This document shows positions 52,582 through 61,383 of a DNA stretch of 64,000 bases, piece by piece. Every line of letters begins with the position of its first letter. Position 1 is the first letter of the stretch. Origin of the DNA: Felis catus (taxonomy: Eukaryota); the NCBI RefSeq assembly GCF_018350175.1, contig NC_058368.1, forward strand, positions 29,948,001 to 30,012,000, given 5' to 3'. Made by a program: the position numbers and the translations under genes. The notes below the pieces were generated by a model. It worked only from the letters and a program-made list of their open reading frames with translations, was not told the DNA's origin and searched no databases.

Positions 52582-53991
52582 TGTTTCTGCTTTTTAAAAT
52601 GCTTTCAGTCCTGTTCTCCTCTCAAGCAGCTCTTTAAGGCCGATAGGCCAGCGCTCTTCCCATGTTAGGGAGGGAAACATGGGGGTCCATAAAGGTCAAG
52701 AGCCATAAATGTGGAGGTCATTCCTCTCTTGGCCGAGTGAGCCAAGTCAGGAATTTGGGTCTCCGACATCATCCCAGTCCCTTTTCTCTCTGCCATGCTG
52801 TTATCCACCTCAAAGAAGAGATGTAGAAGGACAGTAATGCCTTCAATCCAAAGTTATCTCTTCCACTGAGGGCTTTTGAATTTTCAGGTGAATTATTATA
52901 GCCGTCCCTAAGTTGCCTTGGAAATCACCATTCATCTGGAGGCCTGGAGGGAACGCCCGATTGGACAGGCCCGCAGAAGAGGGTTTTGACTGCCTTACGT
53001 TGATTCATTATCTGTCAGTACACAGGAAAGACAGGGAGCTGCCTCTGCATGAGCTGCTGAAAGCATTTTATACTTTTCTGTTGTTTATGGTATGTCTTCT
53101 TGTGACTATACTCAGGAGGGGACGACAAAAAGACAGCTCAGGGTTTTCTTTGTCCAGAGGGCTGTGGCGTTTGGGGCGAGTTATTTCATACGACACACGT
53201 TTGCCAATGGATCCTCATGCATGAGAAGGTCAAGGTAGTCTGGGAGACATTTAGGCAACTTATAAACAAAGAACTTTGACGGAACAACGTGCCGTGCACT
53301 GAAAGAGAATAAATTAAAAAGTGAGATTGAAGAAAAAAACCCTGAAAGCACTGTTTCTCTAATAATTGCTGTAACTTGTAGACATCCAGTAAGTGAAGCA
53401 CTTAGTATTTTCCCTAGTCTTTGCAGAAACCTGGTAAGCTTGCTACCATTACCCCCAGTTTATAGGAGCAACTAAGGCTTAGAGAAATTAAGTGATTTGC
53501 CTACTAAGTACTGAAGTCAGCTTTGAGTTTAGGTGGACCTAGCTCCAAAGCATTTCTCATGTCTTCATGGTCAATTCAAGCTCAACTCCTCTTGTTGTTA
53601 AAGACATATTAAAATAACAGTATGTTGCAAAGTACATTTATCTATTTCCGATAATCCGGCCATAATTATGATCAGAGGTTTTGAGGCAGGAACATGAGCC
53701 AGACTGATTCCTTAGCTTAATAGCCAGCTGTGCTGCATCCTTATCTATTATGAGACCATGTCTACCATGCAGAACAACAATGAACACCCCAAAACAACCC
53801 CCCCAGACAAATGTTGATTCTTAGAGCCCATCCGTGATATAATATGTATATAAGAAACAAAATGGAAGCTCTGTTAGATTGGTGATTTGAAGGCAAGCAT
53901 AGATGAGTCTTTTAAAGCTCAAACTGCTAGTGATGAGGAGCTCGTAATAAAGATGTTGGCACAGGGGGGTGTCCTCTTAGGGCTAGACCCT

Positions 53992-54080
53992 TATTATTTT
54001 ATTTTTATTTTTATTAGAGAGAGAGAGAGCTGGGGAGAGGGGCAGAGGGAAAGAGAGAGAGAGAGAGGGAAAGAAAGAAG

Positions 54081-54112
<32 letters not shown>

Positions 54113-54233
54113 CAAGCAGGCTCCATACTCAGTGTGGAGCCCAACATGGGGCTCAAACTCACGAACCAATAGATCACGGCCTGAGCCAAAATCAAGAATG
54201 GGACACTCAACCGGCTGAGCGACTCAGGCGCCC
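53992..54233 (-). mobile_element. CAN-SINE in intron 2
   Basis: Long (GA)n then GAATTCCAAGCAGGCTCC...CTGAGCCAAAATCAAGA. GGCTAGACC is repeated on both flanks. Confidence 0.88.
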
Positions 54234-55734
54234 TGTGGCTAGACCTGTATTCTTGCTCTACATCTCTGGTGCAAGTTGCACTGTGGCTTCTGACCTTGCA
54301 CTTCCAGGGAGAGCTAGATGTTCTGGGAATTGCCCACACCAGCTCAACACTAGAGATCTGTGCATGCAAAGGGTTTACATGAGCAATCTACTTAAGTCAG
54401 TAGAGTCCTCAAATTCCCTCCTGCCTTCTAGTAACTCTATGGACGATTCTAGTTTTCCTGAACGTCATCGAGCTTTCCCTTAAATGTCAGCTGAAAAGAA
54501 CCTCGAGCTTTTTCCCGAAACAGATCTTTAGGGACTCTTCATTTTGTGGCTGAACGAGGGCAGGCATGCCACACATCCTCACAGGTAGCAAACTCCAGGT
54601 TATGCCTTGGTTTTCAGTGAGAATCTGGGAGAGCCACATTTTATTTAGCAGGGATGACAGTTGGATCACTCATTTTTGTAGAACAACAGCTGCGATGTGC
54701 CACCAACATGTTCCAGGAAAACAGAGGGTGTTTCATTTGTTCCAAGAGCTGGCAAGACCAAATGCCAACAAGAATATTCATTTTGCAAACTTCCGTTTCT
54801 GCGATGGATTGGCACTTTATTATTATTATTATTCTTTTTACAGGCAAGTTTTTATGCTTGATTTTTGCAGAAATTAAAACCTGGCTACCTTGTATTTGTG
54901 TTTATACTTTTGAGGGGGACTCGTTAGGTTTTCTGTTTTTTTCCAACTTCCTTAACCACCAAAATGTCACCAGCCTTGTCAGCCTCTGACGATGGCGCAT
55001 CTGATGGCAGTGAGCATCAGTTGCCCGAGGAGGTACACCAGCAGTGCCGAGGGCTGCATTTTCAACTTTCATTAAAATCCTCTTTGCCTGGAGCCCTAGC
55101 CCTTTAGGTCTGTGGCCTATGAGTCTGCTCTAATTTGCACAGTGGGGTTAAGTGGAAGGACGAAAATGACAGAAGTTAAGACTGCCTTTGGTATTGGGAG
55201 GATTACAGGCCAACATCTGGCTCTGAATTCATCCAGGCACCGTGGATCAGCTCCTTGACATTAGCACAGTTTGGGGAAAAGTATCACTTATGTTCGAATT
55301 TTTAGAAAGAGTGTAAAGCCAGCAACTTTTAATGAGCAGGTCCTTAAAAAGGCCATGGCATTTCTTTCAGAGATCAGATACAAAAAGAACCACCAAATGT
55401 GTTTATTGAAATACCCATTTGGAGCTTCCAATTATACACTAAACCACCAAGGGAATTTTTGGAAGTATTTTAACTTAATGATCAGACATTCAAATATATG
55501 CAACAAATGCGTAAAGGTCTGATTGCAATAATCAGTTCTTGGAATAAATGTGGGTGCACTTAATGAAATGTGCACTTTATAGTCACATACACACTCACAT
55601 ATTGTGTAGTAAAGTTGGGTCTTTATGGCACTTTGTAAAAGGTAGAGGGGCTCAAAACTCAACGCATATGGCCACCAGAGAAGGAATTCTACTCAGTGCA
55701 CTTCTCTCTCTTCTAGAAAATACTTAGATTTAGA

Positions 55735-55970
55735 GCGGTGTTTCTAAATGGAGGGAGGGTGGTGGTGATGGTGATTTTGCCCCCAGGGAACATTAGCAAT
55801 GGCTGGGACATTTTTGGTTGTCACAGCTGAATGGTCTGTGGCTGTTATTGGTGTCTAGAGGCCAGGAATCCTGGTTCACATCCTATAATACACAAGAAAG
55901 CCCCCCTCCCCCAACAAGAAAGAATGATCTAGCCTAAAATATCAATAGTGCTGAGGTTGGGAAACCCTGG
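55735..55970 (+). mobile_element. MER20 hAT-Charlie MITE
   Basis: GTGATTTTGCCCCCAGGGAACATTAGCAATG...GACATTTTTGGTTGTCACA...TAGAGGCCAGGA...TCAATAGTGCTGAGGTTGGGAAACCCTG. Confidence 0.85.
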
Positions 55971-56211
55971 TTTAGATCCAGTATGTGCATTGAGGGGAGG
56001 AGGGAAGGCAAGGGAGTCTGGTTCAAACCAGTTCAGTTTGGAGACCTAATATCTTCAAACATTAAAATGGAAATTAAAATATACTTGTGAATGATGACTC
56101 TGAAGCAAAATTATTTTTAGTCTAGGCAAGCGCAAAATCCACCCCACCAATTGTAATAATGTTTTTTTTTTTCGTTTGCATTTAGATAGATTAAAGAAAA
56201 ACTAGTTAAAT

Positions 56212-56241
56212 TTTTAGTATGTGTGCTGCGGAAGCGAGCAC
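56212..56241 (-). pseudogene. RNU6: U6 snRNA 5' fragment (nt 1-30), tailless retrocopy
   Basis: The minus strand reads GTGCTCGCTTCCGCAGCACACATACTAAAA versus U6 GTGCTCGCTTCGGCAGCACATATACTAAAA (2 mismatches). Flanked by direct repeat TAGTTAAAT at 56203-56211 and 56242-56250. Confidence 0.88.
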
Positions 56242-56271
56242 TAGTTAAATATATTTTTGATCCCTTTCTTT

Positions 56272-56637
56272 TCTTTTTTTAAATTTTTTTTTAATGTTTA
56301 TTTATTTCTGAGACAGAGAGAGACAGAGCATGAGTAGGGGAGGGGCAGAAAGAGAGGGAGACACAGAATCTGAAACAGGTTCCAGGCTCTCAGCAGTCAG
56401 CGCAGAGCCCGACGCGGGGCTTGAACTCACAGACCGAGAGATCATGACCCAGGCTGAAGTCGGACGCTTAACCGACTGAGCCACCTAGGCGCCCCTCTTT
56501 TATTTATTTTTTTTTTGAGTAGGCTTCACACCCAGCGTGGAGCCCAGCACGGGGCTTGAACTCGGGACAGTGAGATCAAGACCCAAGCTGAGCTCAAGAG
56601 TGAGACGTTTAATCAACTGAGCCACCCAGGCACCCTG
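56272..56637 (-). mobile_element. Nested SINE pair: SINEC_Fc (about 56280-56495) inserted into the tail of an older short CAN-SINE (head 56496-56637)
   Basis: Outer TSD ATATTTTTGATCC(C/A)TTTCTTT at 56251-56271 and 56638-56658. Two SINE heads end at GCGCCCC 56495 and GCACCC 56635. Confidence 0.9.
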
Positions 56638-56665
56638 ATATTTTTGATCCATTTCTTTACCAAAA

Positions 56666-56667
<2 letters not shown>

Positions 56668-56729
<62 letters not shown>

Positions 56730-56731
56730 AA
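56668..56731. repeat. (GAAA)16 microsatellite
   Basis: Perfect tetranucleotide array ending about 100 nt upstream of the exon 3 acceptor. Confidence 0.95.
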
Positions 56732-56833
56732 AAAGATTGACAGCAAACAAATAGTCCCCAAGGTCTTGGTAGTGGAGGAAGACTGTATAGTATTACTTTG
56801 GCAATTGACTTAAGCTTTTTGATTCCCTTTCAG

Positions 56834-57046
56834 GTAAGGGAGTATGTCCAATTAATCAGTGTGTATGAAAAGAAGCTTTCAAACCTAACTGTCCGAGTAG
56901 AGATCATGGAAAAGGACACCATTTCTTATACTGAACTGGACTTTGAGCTGATCAAGATAGAAGTGAAGGAGATGGAGAAACTGATCATACAGCTGAAGGA
57001 CAATTTTGTTGGAAGCACGACAATTGTTGACCAGCTGGAAGTGGAG
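56834..57046 (+). CDS. OLFM4: Olfactomedin-4 coding exon 3 (213 nt, coiled coil)
   Basis: Acceptor TTCCCTTTCAG. Translates VREYVQLISVYEKKLSNLTVRVEIMEKDTISYTELDFELIKIEVKEMEKLIIQLKDNFVGSTTIVDQLEVE, near-identical to recalled OLFM4. Donor GAG|GTAAGT. Phase 0 at both ends. Confidence 0.97.
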
Positions 57047-58022
57047 GTAAGTCATGAGCTCACTTCTGAGAGGCTTAATAATAAATTAAGAAGTGGGCAG
57101 GTGTTGGGGCCAGGCTATGGATCTCTCTTCTGACTTCTAATTCTGCACTCTCTCATGACCACCTGGCATGTCCTGTGTTCTGCTTTTGGGGGGTGTCTGA
57201 ATAGTGAGTGGAACACAATGGGAACGCGTTCATTGAGGAGCAGGTGTCATCCAGTGGGCCTGCCCCAGACCCAGGTAGCCTTTCAATGTCTCTAGAAAGG
57301 TGATGATATAAATCTGAACAACTCCATGGCCAAGTTAGATTGAGTGCCTTCTCTGTTCTGGATTTATCCTTGTGGGACTAGAAAGCCACAATTTACCGGA
57401 TTTTGGAATTGCTAGGTCTGTTTCTCCTTTTGAATGATCATGTGATCCTTGATCCCTCTTGGAACACTTCTCCACATACTGGCAACCCTCTTTAAAGGAA
57501 TTTCATGCGATTATGTTTTAGTGAAGCCTTGTAAGCTCTATGGATGAAGACCATCACATTAATGTTATGGTTGGGTAATTTATCTCAACGAGAATTTACT
57601 AGCATGGACATGATGTGGGCTGTAATGGAGAAGTCCAGTTACACATCTCAGATAAGTTTTCTCTGGCCCTTGCCATTCGTTAGAAACTTAATTATAATAC
57701 AACATGAGTAAACACGAGTTTATAGGGGAAGGTTATTAGAAATGAACTTTAATGGACCTTTGTGGAGGCTTCGACTGAGCCTGTGCTCTATTATTAAATC
57801 TGTTAAAATCTTTGCCATTTTCTTCTTGTCACACACATCTGCCTGAGATCTGACAGGCGTTCACGCTAAACCATAAAATGTATTCTTCCAAATGAAACCA
57901 TTCCGAAGAATCTCGGGTGTACTCTCTAGCAATGTTTCACTAAGTGACAAATTCAGGCCTGGAATGTTTATGAAAGAAATTGCACAATAATATAAAGTCA
58001 CTCTGCATTTTTATTTCCTTAG

Positions 58023-58182
58023 ATAAGGAATATGAGTCTCCTGGTAGAGCAGCTCGAGACGCTAGACAAAAACAACGTCCTTGCCATTCGCCGGGAAATC
58101 CTGGCTCTGAAGAACAGGCTGAAGGAATGTGAAGCCTCTAAAGGTGAAAATGGTACTGTCTCCCCACCGCCTCCTGCCCCTG
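58023..58182 (+). CDS. OLFM4: Olfactomedin-4 coding exon 4 (160 nt, end of coiled coil plus Pro linker, phase-1 end)
   Basis: Acceptor TTTTATTTCCTTAG. Translates [53 protein letters not shown] plus G. Donor CTG|GTAAGT at 58183. Confidence 0.97.
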
Positions 58183-59659
58183 GTAAGTCTGCCCTGTTGT
58201 CACCACCTGAGCCAGCCCGGTTAAGGGCTGAGAGTGGGGCGGGAAGGGATTTGGGATTGCAGAGTTGAAGCGGGGATGGGATTTTTGCAGGGCTGAGTTT
58301 ACTCTCCTGAGCTCCGAGATCTCTCTCCTAGTAGCTCCACATGCTGGCAAGTTCTGGGGCTCATCGAGGAGAACCACCAACAGTGAGTGGATTTAAAGCA
58401 AAACTCACACATTACACGTGTCCCCTTTGCATTTGCTAACAAGGAAAACAGCTCTGTGATGATGGAGTTGTTGTGGGGGGCGAGGGGGGGGAGGGTAGTG
58501 GACGGGAGGGGGGGGGCGGTCTGGTGAAAGCCTCTGGAATCTGCAAGGCGTCGGTGCTGTCCCGCGGATGGCAAGGGCTCATTGGCTCATGTATCCGATG
58601 AGCTGGGTTATGCCTTGACTCTTCCTTTTCTCTTGCTTTCTTTCCGTCCCTGCTTCCACACCTGTATTTTTCCTGTACGCTTTCCTGAAATGCACCTGCT
58701 GTTTTTTCGCGTGTCCGAGGATTCAGGGAGGATTTAACGGTCCACCTGTACAGTACTTGTGGGTGTGGCCTGCCATCCTGCCTAGAGTGTGAGTTCCTGG
58801 AGGGCAGGGATGGCCTCATACTCTCTAAATAATCCTTGGGGCTAGGTATAGCATAGAGGTGGGTGCTCCATAATACCTCCATGAATGGAGGCAGTGGAGT
58901 GTAGAGGTCAGGAGTATGGCTTTGGGACGCCAAAGACCTGAGCTTCCCAGCTATGTGGCCACAGCAAAAGATCCTTAGTCTCCGCCTCGATAAAATGGGA
59001 GAATACTACTTACCTGTGAGCAGGTTAATGAAACAAGTCTTGGGAAGCACCGCGCTCTATGATTGACACTTATATGCTGGAATTTGTTATTATTATTAAT
59101 GATGATAATTGAGGTGAAAACCTGGCTGTGAACGAAAGCGGTCCTTGTGTGCTTCAGCACGTCCCTCCAGGTGAACTAAAGCCCTGCTCTGTCGCCCTGT
59201 GCAGCCCTGTCACAGGGAAGCCCTCCCTGCAGGTCATAAACATCTCAGCCTGAAAAGGGCCCGTACCTTCTCATCAAATCATACAGCTCTTGTTACTTTC
59301 ATTAATTTCTGTTTCCACAGACTGTTTCCTCTTAGGCTGTGTGTTTCTGGATCCTTGTCAATGTAACTGGCTTCTTTAAGGCTTTAATTCGATACTGCCA
59401 TAGTTATAAGCCTCTCGGTGGTGTTCAGGAGACTCTCTTCCCTCCCTCTGCTGTTGGCAACCTGTCATAGTATGACATACAGAGGAAGTTCAGGACAAAG
59501 GCCATGCCTTGTCCTCTGGAACACACTGAGGTTAAATTTAGTCTGGGATCAGTGGTGTCAGTGTGCATTGAAAATGTGAGCTCTTTCTGCTGGGCCACGC
59601 AGGGCTCCTTGAGGACAGGGTCAAAGCAATGACAAGCCCTGATAACACGTGAACAAGGT

Positions 59660-59780
59660 TTTCTTTCTTTCTCCCTCCCTCCCTCCTTTCTCTCTTCCTC
59701 CCTCTATTCCTTCCTTCCTTCTTTCCTTCTTTCCTTCCTTCCTTCCTTCCTTCCTTCCTTCCTTCCTTCCTTCCTTCTTT
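59660..59780. repeat. (CCTT)n / CT-rich microsatellite
   Basis: TTCC repeats in intron 4. Confidence 0.9.
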
Positions 59781-60708
59781 GGAGTGAGGACATTTTAGAA
59801 CTGGAAGGGACATTTAGGGCCATCTAGCTCAGGTCCATCATGTCTCAGAGGAGGGAACTTAGGTGGTGAGGGTGCTGCTTTTCCTGAGGCCACACGGGTG
59901 GTTAGTGGCAGGGCTGAGGCCGAAATGCAAGGCCCCTCACTCCCTGGGTATCTCAGGACCTAGAGCGTCCGTGGCAATAACCCAAGAACGGCAGTGGAAG
60001 AGAAAGTACACTTCTTAGTATATCTACAGAGGAAAACAAGCGAGCCTGCTGGATTATTTTTGTTAGAAGTTTTTTTCGAGAACTTTCCCCTAGGTCCTCA
60101 CACTTAGACTTTTGTGAGTCATCCCAGCCCAGCTGTGTTGTTTAAGCAAATTGGACCCAGATTTCCTCTCACTTTCCCACAACCTTGGCTGTACCTGGAT
60201 CCCGGCCAAGCCACTTGGCCCTCCTCCAGCTTTGTTCATATTATATTTATGATGTTTATATTAAACTGACTTTTTGTCATGTTTTTAAATCAATTTCTTT
60301 TACTTGCTCTCTTTCTGTTTGGATTGGTTGATAATGCAGAATTGGAAACTCCCCAGGCACCACAAAGTTGTCAGCCTGTGGAGACTTTAATTAAAGTTAC
60401 TCACTATTATGGGACTTTAAAATCTGGCCTGTCTGCTTTTTTCACTGCAGAGTTGCACAGAACAAAAGACTGCACGCAAGTCTCAGCTATAAAGGAATTC
60501 CTTGCTCTCGGGGCTCCTCTCTCCCAGTTGCAGGTTGCTGTCTGTGGTCAGCTTGATCTTAGAACCAGTACATGTAGTGAGGGTTCAATAAAATGCGCTT
60601 TGTATTTGGTTTATGCCGCAAATGGTATCCTTTTCTGCTTCATTTCATAGAACCTTCTAATCTAAAATAATTGTCCTTCTGCTCATTAACTCTTTTTCCT
60701 GAGAACAA

Positions 60709-60712
<4 letters not shown>

Positions 60713-60750
<38 letters not shown>
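60713..60750. repeat. (CT)n microsatellite
   Basis: Perfect CT dinucleotide run. Confidence 0.9.
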
Positions 60751-60753
<3 letters not shown>

Positions 60754-61152
60754 CTCCCTCTGAATCTAGATGACTGGAGATAGGCAAAATGTACGTACAC
60801 GCCCAGGGGTCGACTGCGGTTGTGCTTGGAGATGATGTCAGGTTCTGTGCTGACACACAGTAGGTGCTCAGTAAATGGCTGATGAAAGATAGTGACCTGC
60901 CAAAATCCCAAGCCTTAGGAAAAGCAGAGTGTTGGGGAGTATGTATCCAATAATTTAGTCTTCATCATTTTGTGATTATGATCAGGTTAACTGCCTAATT
61001 CCCACAGGTGAATTGTACTCTCCTCTTTGCTCAAAGTGCAGTTGTCTAGGTAGGAGACTGCACTGATAGATCCAAGATTAAGTTTCCCCTGCAGATAGTC
61101 ATTGACTTAAGAAAAATGCTACTAAGCATGAGACTTTAAAAAAGCCAACTTA

Positions 61153-61281
61153 GGGAGTGCCGGGGTGGCTCATTCGGTTAAGCGTCTGACTCTTGATTTT
61201 GGCTCAGGTCATGATCACATGGTTTATGAGATAAAGCCCAGAATCAGGCTCTGTGCTGATAGTGCAGAGCCTGCTTAGGAT

Positions 61282-61316
<35 letters not shown>

Positions 61317-61383
61317 GTCCCTGCCTCACTCATGCTCTTTCTCTCAAAATAAATAAAAAGCATTTAAAAATTCTTTAAAAGAT
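61153..61383 (+). mobile_element. CAN-SINE in intron 4, sense orientation
   Basis: GGGGTGGCTCATTCGGTTAAGCGTCTGACTCTTGATTTTGGCTCAGGTCATGATC...CT tract...AAATAAATAAAA, with TSD AAAAAAGCCAA(C/G)TTAG. Confidence 0.92.

Noticed and set aside
53887..54483. Longest ORF in the track (198 aa)
   Set aside because: It starts at TTG, runs through an antisense CAN-SINE whose (GA)n gives RERERE, lies in OLFM4 intron 2 and shows no recognisable domain.
48080..61010. Six intronic pyrimidine-preceded CAG|GTGA motifs (48082, 48924, 51615, 52887, 59170, 61007) resembling recursive splice sites
   Set aside because: CAGGTGA also occurs at least eight times in the upstream 45 kb, five of the six have weak GTGAA donors, and the introns are short for recursive splicing.
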